This document shows positions 1 to 8,672 of a stretch of DNA of 64,000 nucleotides, piece after piece. Numbering within the stretch: position 1 is the stretch's first letter; every line of letters starts with the position of its first letter. The translations under genes were made by a program, and so were the position numbers. The notes beneath the pieces are model-generated. The model ran no database searches, was not told the origin of the DNA, and was given only the letters and a program-made list of their open reading frames with translations. This DNA is from an uncultured Gammaproteobacteria bacterium. GTDB taxonomy: Bacteria; Patescibacteriota; Microgenomatia; UBA8517. Location: the NCBI GenBank assembly GCA_964600575.1, contig CAZRJH010000003.1, positions 17,640-81,639 of the forward strand, given 5' to 3'.

Positions 1-175
1 TCAACGATGCGAACCGTACCGGCTCCTTGCCCACTTTGCGAGTAACACTCGGACGCTCCCCGCGCCGCAAGGAAACCATGCCCCGCCGCCGCATTTTGGG
101 CGACAACCAACGCCGCGTCATTGGCGACCCCGGGGACGAGTAATCCCTCTTCGTGAGACTCACACTTAACGTGTG
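1..175 (+). ncRNA. GC-rich (~60-65% GC) non-coding segment in an AT-rich genome with no ORF of 60 aa or more; possibly the 3' portion of a structured RNA gene truncated by the window edge (identity unresolved)
   Basis: Strong compositional contrast with downstream DNA, no long ORF on either strand, and a hairpin plus T-run immediately downstream; no confident match to RNase P, tmRNA, SRP or rRNA conserved blocks by eye. Confidence 0.3.
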
Positions 176-180
176 ACAGA

Positions 181-207
181 GCAGGTGGCCTGCAGAGACT
201 TTTTTTT
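181..207 (+). terminator. Putative intrinsic terminator (hairpin gcagg-tgg-cctgc followed by an 8-T run)
   Basis: 5-bp GC stem with 3-nt loop at 181-193, T8 at 200-207; the 6-nt spacer between stem and T-run is longer than ideal. Confidence 0.35.
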
Positions 208-277
208 ATAGTCCTGTCAGGCCGCCTGCTCAAACACCACATTTTTAGCATTTATCCTTTATTTTTTAAAACTATAT

Positions 278-1696
278 ATGGAAAGAGGAAAAAATTTCGC
301 AGTTGTAAACGGTCTTGCCATAGGCGAAGAAAGCAAAGGCAACACTGTTCAGGCACTAGTTAGAGAACTAAGTGCTCATACCGTTTGGCGCTCGGGCGGT
401 TGGCAAGGCGGCCATCATATTATTCACGACGACGGTCGCGAAATGGCCCTAAGCCATTTTGGAGCAGGAATTTTCGAAGGAGCAGACACATACCTCAAAC
501 ATATGGTTATTAGCCCGGTAGAACTTTTTGAAGAATCAGAGATACTCCGCGAACTGGGTATCGATAAACCCTTAAATCACATATATATAGACGAAACTTG
601 CTTGGTTACAACTCCGTTTCATAGATCGATAAGTAGGTTTAGGGAAATACTTAGGGGAGATAACAAGAAAGGAACAATAGGAACGGGTGTGGGGGAAGCC
701 GTAAGGGATTCGAGTGATCCCGAGCTAGCCATAAGAGCATGTGAGTTGGGTGACAAAATTTTGATATTAAGAAAAGCAGAAAATATAAGATTATCTAAGT
801 TAAAGATTGCTCAGGATTTACTTGAAAATTACAAAGGAACTCCTCCCCCGGAAGTTTACGAAGAGATGAGCTTTTTGAAAGATAGTTCTCTCACAGAACT
901 AGTTGCCGAAAGCTTTGAAATGTTTTCCGGCATTGCCAGAATTGTGGGGAGCGACCATCTTCAGAAACTGCTAAAAAGAGGAGGATCGGTTGTTAACGAA
1001 GTTTCTCATGGCACACTTCACCACCCCAGGCACGGTTTTTTGCCACATATCACTCAAATAGATCCCACTTCGGCCGATGTTCTAAAAACAATTAAGGCGG
1101 CAAATTACGATGGAAATATTATTAGGCTTGGCGTTGTCAGGTCTTACATAACACGCCACGGAGCGGGTCCTTTGGTCAGTTTTGAGCCTTCACTCGCAAA
1201 CATTTTTGATGAAAAACATAACACTGGAGCCGAGGAGTGGCTTGGTCCTTTTAGAGCTGGTTATTTTGATATTGTTGCCCTAAAGTATGCCGTAGAAATA
1301 GGCGGAGGAAAATCGGCCTATAACGGGCTTTATCTAAGTTTTATGGATTTAGTTGAAAAAAGTAGCGAATGGGGGGTTGTTGAAGCATACGAGTATAAGG
1401 GTAAGCCTACCAATCTCAGCGAATTTTTCGATATATCAAACGGGCAAATTAGAGGCATAAAATTTGAACATGATAACGGCGAAACACATACCAAGCGACA
1501 AATGGAGCTCACAAAACTTCTAAACGAATGTAGGCCAATACTAACCAAGCTCAAAGCAGGCGGCGGTCAAAGTTTAGACAAGGTTTTTTTGAACTATGTA
1601 ACACAAAAGCTGGGCATACCAGTTGTGGGTATAGCTCGCGGCCCTAAAGTTACTCAAAAAGAATTTTTCCCTGCCTGGAAAAATGTAGTTAAGTAA
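278..1696 (+). CDS. Adenylosuccinate synthetase (PurA) family protein, highly divergent
   Basis: N-terminal P-loop-like AVVNGLAIGEESKGN (compare VVLGTQWGDEGKGK); SGGWQGGHH (compare YQGGHNAGH); KGTIGTGVGEAV (compare GTTGRGIGPAY); RHGAGP (compare RVGAGPF). The Arg-rich IMP-binding loop TTGRRRRTGW is replaced by AEEWLGPFRAGYFD. 472 aa versus about 430 typical. Confidence 0.6.
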   Translation: MERGKNFAVVNGLAIGEESKGNTVQALVRELSAHTVWRSGGWQGGHHIIHDDGREMALSHFGAGIFEGADTYLKHMVISPVELFEESEILRELGIDKPLNHIYIDETCLVTTPFHRSISRFREILRGDNKKGTIGTGVGEAVRDSSDPELAIRACELGDKILILRKAENIRLSKLKIAQDLLENYKGTPPPEVYEEMSFLKDSSLTELVAESFEMFSGIARIVGSDHLQKLLKRGGSVVNEVSHGTLHHPRHGFLPHITQIDPTSADVLKTIKAANYDGNIIRLGVVRSYITRHGAGPLVSFEPSLANIFDEKHNTGAEEWLGPFRAGYFDIVALKYAVEIGGGKSAYNGLYLSFMDLVEKSSEWGVVEAYEYKGKPTNLSEFFDISNGQIRGIKFEHDNGETHTKRQMELTKLLNECRPILTKLKAGGGQSLDKVFLNYVTQKLGIPVVGIARGPKVTQKEFFPAWKNVVK

Positions 1697-3491
1697 TTTC
1701 TTCCGATAGATCGGGCAAAAACACTTTATTCAAGAACAAGACGGAAGCCAAATGTCTATAGCCGTTATCCCAAAAAGCACTTCTGTAATCAATGATTTTA
1801 CCTAAAGGAGGCTCGGTGTTTTTGTCTTCCGGATAAAGTCTTCTGTAGCCTTTATGCATAAGTCTATATTGCAAGGTGTCTATCTCCAGCTGTCTCAAAA
1901 GACTTCTTCTGATATTTTCTTTGCGGCCGCCAAACTTAGAAAGATCCAGATATAAATTAAAGACATCGGTTCTAACTTTGTTTATTTCTTCGTTTTCTCC
2001 CACCCATATCCCACCAAAGATAAAGTGTATCTGCGGTAGTCCGACAACCTCGATAGCTGCGTTATCGGGAATTTCTTTCAGCCCGTATTTACCACTCTCA
2101 TCCGAAGTCCAGTATTCCAGGACCTTGTCTACTTTTCCAAGTTCGGGTAAACGTTCTTTTATTCTTGCCAGCATTTTTTCTCTTTGTGTAAAATCAGCGT
2201 TAGGTCTAAAAAATATAGCCATATCAAAGTCTCCCTTTTGGTTTGCGTAGCCTTTTATCTTGGATCCAAAAACCAAAACAAACGGGAAAATTATATTTTT
2301 TAACTCGTTGTCGGCATTAATTTTTTCGGCAATTTGTACCAAAAACGCACCTTCGTCTTCAACAAAACCTTGAATATTAACTGGCTCGGGTTGTCTAACA
2401 TCGACAGCGTTTCCCCTGAAATAGCCAAGCCGTATAAAGTGGAACATGGCTCTTTCCGCTTCCGCCTTTTCAGTGAACGAACCTGATTTTGTCAGTTTTG
2501 TTAACACGCCACGGGCTTTATCTGCTAGTGTTTTGGCTTGTTTACCGTCGCTTTTAGCTAATGTTTCAACCGATTTGATAACTGCTCTAGTTCCTGGTGT
2601 GCCAAAGCTAAAAATTTCCTTTAAGGGGGCTTTTTTGTTAATCAAAAAAACAGACAACAGACTCGAAACTTCCTCATAAACCGCGTCCAGCTCCATGTCT
2701 TTTTTCCAGTCGGCTCTTTTCCTGGAAATCCGCTTGCTTTCGGCCAATCCGGGTTTGTATTTATTTTCAACATAACTTATTTGGGAATGCAGATAATCTT
2801 TAATTTCATCTATGGTTGACATCTCTTTTGCTTGTGATGGCTTTTCCCCTAGAAGCTTGCCTAAGCCGGCGTTTTGAGCAACTTTGGATATCTTTTGCCA
2901 GGAAACGTTGTCAAAAAGACCCAGTGCATTTGCAACCAACGAGCCTTCGGTCATTGATTCGATAAGCTCTTTGTCACCGGAGTTAAATTCCATTATTTGA
3001 ACAATATCCGTTTGAGAGATGATGCCTCGATCAAGCAGGGGAAAAATCAAGTGCGCGGCTTTTCTTGTTCTCGGGGGATTACCCATGCCGGGCTCTAGTA
3101 CATCGCCGTCATCAAAATCGCCGCGGGCATTGCTGTCAAAAAGCAGCCTAATAAAACCCTCTCTTATTGCCTCCGTTGTTTTTTGAGATGTCGGGGAAGG
3201 GATTTCTTTAATATCGGGTAAAACTTCAAATGGCAGGTACAAGATGATTCTGGCATTATTCTCATCGCGAGAAAGAAAACTTCCCAGCCTTTCATAAAAA
3301 ATATCTTTATTTTTACCTTTGACAGCCTCGTCCAGGAGCTCGGACAGTTCTCGCCTTTGAGATGCCTCATGCCATATTCTGCTGGGGAGTGGGGAAGAAT
3401 CATTCCCGGCCGAGGCGAGATCTTTCGCGAGGCTTCCCAAAACTGCTAAGCCTTTGCCGACACCTGCTTCTTTATTTTTCTTTCTTTCCAT
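1689..3491 (-). CDS. Large Pol-beta-superfamily nucleotidyltransferase-domain protein; ~385 aa unknown N-terminal region, NTase core, helical C-terminus
   Basis: hG[GS]-x11-DxD motif VFGSKIKGYANQKGDFDMAIFF resembles OAS/cGAS/SMODS-type minimal NTases. ATG at 3491 sits 7 nt after a consensus TATAAT. The ORF stays open upstream to TTG at 3527, so 1689..3527 is the alternative. Confidence 0.5.
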   Translation of the reverse strand: MERKKNKEAGVGKGLAVLGSLAKDLASAGNDSSPLPSRIWHEASQRRELSELLDEAVKGKNKDIFYERLGSFLSRDENNARIILYLPFEVLPDIKEIPSPTSQKTTEAIREGFIRLLFDSNARGDFDDGDVLEPGMGNPPRTRKAAHLIFPLLDRGIISQTDIVQIMEFNSGDKELIESMTEGSLVANALGLFDNVSWQKISKVAQNAGLGKLLGEKPSQAKEMSTIDEIKDYLHSQISYVENKYKPGLAESKRISRKRADWKKDMELDAVYEEVSSLLSVFLINKKAPLKEIFSFGTPGTRAVIKSVETLAKSDGKQAKTLADKARGVLTKLTKSGSFTEKAEAERAMFHFIRLGYFRGNAVDVRQPEPVNIQGFVEDEGAFLVQIAEKINADNELKNIIFPFVLVFGSKIKGYANQKGDFDMAIFFRPNADFTQREKMLARIKERLPELGKVDKVLEYWTSDESGKYGLKEIPDNAAIEVVGLPQIHFIFGGIWVGENEEINKVRTDVFNLYLDLSKFGGRKENIRRSLLRQLEIDTLQYRLMHKGYRRLYPEDKNTEPPLGKIIDYRSAFWDNGYRHLASVLFLNKVFLPDLSEEIT

Positions 3492-3498
3492 GGGCACG

Positions 3499-3527
3499 AT
3501 TATAGTCTTTTCGAGCTCAAAAGTCAA
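3499..3527 (-). promoter_or_regulatory. Consensus sigma70-type promoter TTGACT-17-TATAAT driving a leaderless transcript of the NTase gene
   Basis: Minus strand reads TTGACT tttgagctcgaaaagac TATAAT cgtgccc ATG; -35 at 3522-3527, -10 at 3499-3504. Confidence 0.55.
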
Positions 3528-3561
3528 TACTACAGGATATTACATTAATATTTTTGACCAC

Positions 3562-3595
3562 AAAAAAAGCGGGCACCTTTTTAATGGGTACCCGC
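3562..3595 (-). terminator. Intrinsic terminator between the small upstream gene and the NTase gene (minus strand)
   Basis: Imperfect 9-bp stem gcgggcacc/ggtacccgc with 9-nt loop; A7 on plus strand means a T-run follows the hairpin on the minus strand. Confidence 0.45.
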
Positions 3596-3624
3596 TAGGC
3601 CAGAAATATAAAACCTAAATGTTG

Positions 3625-4065
3625 TTAGGAAAACGAAAGTTTCATCTTTCTCACGACCTTAATCTTGCTGGAAGGAATGTCGTTTCCAATGAAACCGTCT
3701 TCATAAAACATGATGAGCTCGCCGCCGCCGTCGTATTTGCCGTTTTTTAGACGCCTGGCTTCCACATGCCAAGACTCACCTGCGGGGTAAGCCTGTTCAA
3801 CGACAAATTCTGCATTCTCTCGTGACGGATCAGTCCCGCTTATAACTTTTTCGTAAAAGTCCAATTTGGGAAAGTTTCCGTGCTCGCGATAATAAGCGAG
3901 TTTTTCCTCGTCCGTGTAATGAATAAGGAATGTGGTTCCCGATTCTCTGCCTACATGAACTATTTTATTTTCCACGTCTTCGATTCTGTGGTGCCTGCCG
4001 TGAACAAACCATTCCGACATGAGCACAAAACCTTGGCGCAGAGTGGCTTTCGAGGGCTGTCTCAT
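3625..4065 (-). CDS. Hypothetical protein, ~146 aa, no TM segment, no recognised domain
   Basis: ORF on minus strand; ATG at 4065 is preceded by AAAGAGG 6 nt upstream. The longer ORF to 4125 starts at TTG inside the promoter region. Confidence 0.45.
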   Translation of the reverse strand: MRQPSKATLRQGFVLMSEWFVHGRHHRIEDVENKIVHVGRESGTTFLIHYTDEEKLAYYREHGNFPKLDFYEKVISGTDPSRENAEFVVEQAYPAGESWHVEARRLKNGKYDGGGELIMFYEDGFIGNDIPSSKIKVVRKMKLSFS

Positions 4066-4135
4066 ATAACCTCTTTTTAATTTAGGGTGCACAATTATAT
4101 TAAACCCAAAAGTAGAATTAGTCAAGATTATAGGT

Positions 4136-4141
4136 TATAAT
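4136..4141 (+). promoter_or_regulatory. -10 box TATAAT placed 6 nt before the ATG of the 4148 gene (leaderless arrangement)
   Basis: ggtTATAATatcgatATG; weak -35 candidate TAGAAT 17 nt upstream. Confidence 0.4.
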
Positions 4142-4147
4142 ATCGAT

Positions 4148-4975
4148 ATGACCGAAAAATTTTACGAGCAGGACAAAGACTATGCCCACGCCTGTGCAAA
4201 CTTGCTTCACGACCTTCACAGGGAAGGGGTTTTAAGTGTCAACGATTTACAAAAGTTCGGTAACGACCAAATAGAGGAGTTGGTCTTAAGAATTCACAAA
4301 AACGGATTCCCCGCGAGGACCTCCAAAATGAAACTCGGCAATCACGATGAAAAAATTCAAACTATTTTTGCCTCCGATATTGTACCGGCATCGGAAACAC
4401 CCGATAAAAAAGAAATAACTGCTTTTGTATCCGACTTTTTGCAGTATATACGCTCAATAGGCTACGACGAGGTTACGGGCGCTTTGGTCTATGGCAGTCT
4501 TTTGGACAAACGGAAAAAGCCCAGATCCACAAGCGATTTAGATATAACACTCTTGGTGAGTAGCTCCTCGGGAGCCGTGCATTTGGAAAATGCATGGCTC
4601 AGAAACCCCAACTCGGAAGTGGGTTCAGGTGATATACCTACCGAGTCAAGATACTATGACCTAACTGAAGATGCATACAAATTTGCAAAATTAAAACACC
4701 CTAAATTTGCAGACAGAGAGTTTTCTATAAATAACGTATTAAACAAAGAACTTTTCAATTATCGCATGGACCCTTTTGATAAAAAAGAAGCTCCCTGGTG
4801 GCTATATTCAACGGGAATATTTGCCGTGGGCGGTTTTCCTGGAGTTTCGGAGGCAGCACTTAATAATACTCTGCAAAAAGCACTAAAGTCTAAGTGGTTG
4901 GCAGAACTTAAACAAAGGACCATTAACGATATCAAAAAAGATCTGGATCATAATTTTGGAAAAATGGGGAAATAA
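4148..4975 (+). CDS. Nucleotidyltransferase-domain protein of the kanamycin/lincosamide NTase (ANT/MNT-like) type
   Basis: GALVYGSLLDKRKKPRSTSDLDITLLV matches the hG[GS]-x12-DhD Pol-beta fold signature (compare KNTase YGSLARGE..SDIDLLV); 275 aa. Confidence 0.55.
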   Translation: MTEKFYEQDKDYAHACANLLHDLHREGVLSVNDLQKFGNDQIEELVLRIHKNGFPARTSKMKLGNHDEKIQTIFASDIVPASETPDKKEITAFVSDFLQYIRSIGYDEVTGALVYGSLLDKRKKPRSTSDLDITLLVSSSSGAVHLENAWLRNPNSEVGSGDIPTESRYYDLTEDAYKFAKLKHPKFADREFSINNVLNKELFNYRMDPFDKKEAPWWLYSTGIFAVGGFPGVSEAALNNTLQKALKSKWLAELKQRTINDIKKDLDHNFGKMGK

Positions 4976-4996
4976 ACTGTTTAGGCAGGGTCATGA

Positions 4997-5776
4997 TTAA
5001 TTTTTTGGCCAATAGGTTTTGGCCGGGTTTTTGAGGTTTGCGTCGCTGTGTTCAGTTGTGTGAATAACAACAGGAATCAGAGTTGGACTCACCCCCGCGT
5101 AAGTATCTGTGTCCAGATAAGAATTGCAGGACATAAAATAAACTCCACCATAGCGCGCAATGTTTCCTGTTTTTACATTTGAAACTTGAGAAATTAAAGT
5201 ATTTGCTAAAATTTCTTCGTCGTTTGCACCATTTATAGCTAGATTAAATACTCCGTCTTCACTAAAAACTCTTCCGTGAGCATTGAAAACGGCTATTCTT
5301 TTGCCGTCTTTTGCTAAGTTATGAAGCACAGCAAGCGCCTCGAGTGAGTCTTTGCAGTTTGTTTCTATTGCCGTTCTCCTTATCCTTGCAAGAGATTTTG
5401 TTAAGCAAAAAGGAGCGTTGATTGTAAGGATTTGTCTGTTAATGGTTTTTTTAGAATAAATATCGTTCAGAGTAGTTGCTTTTTCATCCGCTTTCTTTAT
5501 ATCTTCGGTTAAGTCGTCAACTGTTGTAAAAAGGTCATATTTGTAGGCAGTGCCAAAAAAATAAGAAACAACATCAGGAATGTAGACAAAATTTCTGTGC
5601 AATGGTGTTTTGTTGGTCTCGGAAGGTAATTGTATAAACAAGTTTTTACTCATTTCTTGCTTTTTAGCCATCGAAAAGTCGGCCTCGGCTGAATAACTTT
5701 TGTTCTGCCACGGGCCTGCGCCTAGGCACGAACTAAGTGCAAATCTTTGTTGAGAATAAATTGTAGCTTCAAACAT
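4997..5776 (-). CDS. Hypothetical protein (259 aa)
   Basis: Long ORF; ATG at 5776 sits 6 nt downstream of a consensus TATAAT; no recognised motif. Confidence 0.5.
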   Translation of the reverse strand: MFEATIYSQQRFALSSCLGAGPWQNKSYSAEADFSMAKKQEMSKNLFIQLPSETNKTPLHRNFVYIPDVVSYFFGTAYKYDLFTTVDDLTEDIKKADEKATTLNDIYSKKTINRQILTINAPFCLTKSLARIRRTAIETNCKDSLEALAVLHNLAKDGKRIAVFNAHGRVFSEDGVFNLAINGANDEEILANTLISQVSNVKTGNIARYGGVYFMSCNSYLDTDTYAGVSPTLIPVVIHTTEHSDANLKNPAKTYWPKN

Positions 5777-5782
5777 CCTATA

Positions 5783-5810
5783 ATTATATACTTTCTGAAC
5801 TCAAAGTCAA
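5783..5810 (-). promoter_or_regulatory. Consensus promoter TTGACT-16-TATAAT for the 4997..5776 gene (leaderless)
   Basis: Minus strand reads cccTATAATaTTGACTttgagttcagaaagtaTATAATtataggATG; the spacer closely resembles that of the 3499-3527 promoter. Confidence 0.5.
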
Positions 5811-5939
5811 TATTATAGGGTTAAATTTATAATCTGATAATCTTGGTCAACAAACTCAATTAGGTTTGAACGAATACAAGACAATTTAAATTGAAATATT
5901 TTTTAGCATACTCAAAACTTATCTGCTAAAATAATCGTT

Positions 5940-8630
5940 GTGTTGAATATATTTTCTAAACTTTTGGATCTAAATCAGAGAGAAGTCGACCGCATCAAAA
6001 AAATAGTAGAAAAAGTTAACGCTTTAGAACCCAAGACAAAAAAACTAAAAGATTCCGATTTTTCCAAAAAAACTCAAGAATTTAAAAAGAGATTGGAAAA
6101 AGGTGAAACTTTGGAGTCGATACTACCCGAAGCCTATGCACTTGTAAGGGAAGCGTCCTACAGAATTTTAGGCAAGAGGCATTACGATGTACAGCTTGTT
6201 GCCGCGGTTGCCTTGTTCGAAGGCCGTGTTGCCGAACAAAAAACAGGAGAAGGTAAAACTTTGTCTGCTGTTCCTGCACTTTATTTACGCGCTTTAACTG
6301 GGCAAGGAGTTCATTTGGTTACCGTTAACGATTATTTGGCCCGTCGTGACGCGGGTTGGAATGCTCCGATTTTTCATCTTTTAGGTCTAACCACGGGTGC
6401 AATAATCCAGGAAACAAAATCTTTTGTCTACGACCCAAAGTTTTCCGACTCCAGCCACGGTGACGAACGCTTGGCACATCTCAAACCGACAGAAAGAAAA
6501 GAAGCATATAAATCCGACATTTTATACGGTACCAATAACGAATTCGGATTTGATTATTTGCGCGACAACATGGTTAACGCCTTATCCGAGATGGTTCAGC
6601 GCGGACATTATTTTGCAATAGTAGACGAGGTGGACTCCGTACTTATCGACGAGGCAAGAACCCCTCTAATTATTTCTGCCCCCGATACCGAGCCCACAAA
6701 AAAATATTACGAGTTTGCATCTTTAGTCGAAAAACTTAATCCAGATACAGATTTTAAAATCGACGAAAAAGCAAAAAGCGCAACTTTAACCGAAACGGGA
6801 ATAACAAGAGTAGAAAAACTTTTAGGAATAGACAATCTTTACGAAAAAGACTTCGACAGTATTCATCATATAGAAAACGCATTACGCGCAAAAACTCTTT
6901 ATTTAAGAGATCGTGACTATGTAGTTAAAGATAATCAAATAACTATAGTAGACGAATTTACGGGGCGTCTTATGGTGGGCAGACGCTGGAGCGACGGACT
7001 CCACCAAGCCGTGGAAGCAAAAGAAAATGTAACTATTCAGCAAGAAAGTAGGACGCTGGCAACTATTTCTTTCCAGAATTATTTTAGGATGTACGAACAT
7101 TTGTCGGGTATGACGGGTACTGCCTCAACCGAGTCGGAAGAATTTAGAAAGATTTATAAGCTGGAAGTTATCGTTATACCCACCCACAGACAAATGGTAA
7201 GAATTGACAAAAGCGACATGATCTTTAAAACCTTGCGCGGAAAATACGGAGCGATTGTAGAAGAAGTAGCAGAAAGAAGCGAAGCTGGGCAACCGGTTCT
7301 TATTGGTACCACCTCCATCGAGAAAAACGAAATTATTTCCGAATTTCTCAAACGCAAGAAAGTTCCACACAATGTTTTAAACGCCAAAAATCACGAAAAA
7401 GAGGCCGAGATTATTGCCGAAGCCGGTAAACCGGGGGCTGTAACAGTTGCTACCAATATGGCAGGCCGCGGTGTTGATATCGTTTTGGGCGGTGCTATGC
7501 CCGACAGAAAAAACGGGGAAACAAACGAAAAATACGAATCCAGTCGTGAATATAAAGATTGGCAAAAAATTCATAATCAGGTACTCGATGCAGGCGGGCT
7601 TTATGTAATCGGAACCGAACGCCACGAAGCACGTCGCGTTGATAACCAGTTAAGAGGTCGTTCTGGTAGGCAGGGCGACAGCGGAACTTCCAGATTTTAT
7701 CTTTCTTTGGAAGACGATCTTATGAGAATTTTCGGCGGCGAGCAAATATCGGGAATTATGGACAGACTTAATTTGCCCGAGGACCAACCGATAGAAAATT
7801 CCTTAATAAGTAGGGCAATCGAACAAGCCCAGGTTAAAGTAGAAGGTTTCCACTTTGACATCAGAAAACGACTAGTTGAGTTTGACGATGTGGCCAATCA
7901 ACAAAGAGATATTGTTTATAAACTACGAAGAAGAATCCTTGAATCAACCGATGTTAAAGAAGAGGTTTTAGAAAAACTCCATCATCAGCTGGAAAAAACA
8001 CTTTTGTTGGCAACTGGGGTAGAAGACGAAAAAGTAGATGACGATCAACTGGCGGTAGGTCTTGCCGAAATGGTACCTTTTGACGACGACTCCCTTAAGC
8101 GTATTAAAGGCGAGATCCAAAAACAGGAAAATAAACTGGAGTTTTTGAAGAGTGTTCTCAAAGATATTTACACAGCCCGCGAAAAAGATTTGGGAGAAAA
8201 GGTTATGCGGGAGGTAGAAAAGTATGCATATTTAGGGGCAATAGATCATCTTTGGATGGATCATATAGACCACATAGACGATCTTCGGGAAGGTGTAACT
8301 CTTAGGGCATACGGCCAAAGGGACCCCTTGGTAGAGTTTAAAAACGAAGCATATAGGCTTTTCGAAACCTTAATAGATAAAATAGACGAAGAGCTTTCTC
8401 ATAGGATATTTAGAATAGGCGTTGCTATGCCCCAAAGCGAAATCCCCTTAAATCTTGCAAGGGAAAACTTGGACAAAACCGACCTAACGGGGCTTTCGGG
8501 TGGTGCCGACGAAACCGCAAAATCAGGAGCCAAAGCCTTTGATAAATCCAAACTTTCCAGAAACGACCCCTGTTGGTGCGGCAGCGGCAAAAAGTGGAAG
8601 AAGTGCCACTACCCCAAGCTTCCCGCTTAA
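5940..8630 (+). CDS. secA: Preprotein translocase ATPase subunit SecA
   Basis: DEAD-motor Walker A (AEQKTGEGKTL) and Walker B (VDEVDSVLIDEARTPLIIS), then GRGVDIVLGG and LRGRSGRQGDSG; C-terminal zinc finger CWCGSGKKWKKCH; 896 aa. Confidence 0.95.
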   Translation: MLNIFSKLLDLNQREVDRIKKIVEKVNALEPKTKKLKDSDFSKKTQEFKKRLEKGETLESILPEAYALVREASYRILGKRHYDVQLVAAVALFEGRVAEQKTGEGKTLSAVPALYLRALTGQGVHLVTVNDYLARRDAGWNAPIFHLLGLTTGAIIQETKSFVYDPKFSDSSHGDERLAHLKPTERKEAYKSDILYGTNNEFGFDYLRDNMVNALSEMVQRGHYFAIVDEVDSVLIDEARTPLIISAPDTEPTKKYYEFASLVEKLNPDTDFKIDEKAKSATLTETGITRVEKLLGIDNLYEKDFDSIHHIENALRAKTLYLRDRDYVVKDNQITIVDEFTGRLMVGRRWSDGLHQAVEAKENVTIQQESRTLATISFQNYFRMYEHLSGMTGTASTESEEFRKIYKLEVIVIPTHRQMVRIDKSDMIFKTLRGKYGAIVEEVAERSEAGQPVLIGTTSIEKNEIISEFLKRKKVPHNVLNAKNHEKEAEIIAEAGKPGAVTVATNMAGRGVDIVLGGAMPDRKNGETNEKYESSREYKDWQKIHNQVLDAGGLYVIGTERHEARRVDNQLRGRSGRQGDSGTSRFYLSLEDDLMRIFGGEQISGIMDRLNLPEDQPIENSLISRAIEQAQVKVEGFHFDIRKRLVEFDDVANQQRDIVYKLRRRILESTDVKEEVLEKLHHQLEKTLLLATGVEDEKVDDDQLAVGLAEMVPFDDDSLKRIKGEIQKQENKLEFLKSVLKDIYTAREKDLGEKVMREVEKYAYLGAIDHLWMDHIDHIDDLREGVTLRAYGQRDPLVEFKNEAYRLFETLIDKIDEELSHRIFRIGVAMPQSEIPLNLARENLDKTDLTGLSGGADETAKSGAKAFDKSKLSRNDPCWCGSGKKWKKCHYPKLPA

Positions 8631-8657
8631 GCAAAAATACCGACAGCACGACCTTTT

Positions 8658-8666
8658 TGATATAAT
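8658..8666 (+). promoter_or_regulatory. Extended -10 promoter TGaTATAAT, 6 nt before ATG 8673 (leaderless)
   Basis: tttTGaTATAATctccatATG. Confidence 0.45.
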
Positions 8667-8672
8667 CTCCAT

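Noticed and set aside
3527-4125. Longer versions of genes A and B starting at TTG (3527 and 4125)
   Set aside because: Both TTG codons fall inside the mapped -35/-10 promoter elements of their own or the divergent gene. Downstream ATGs (3491 and 4065) have a leaderless -10 box or an SD placed at the expected distance
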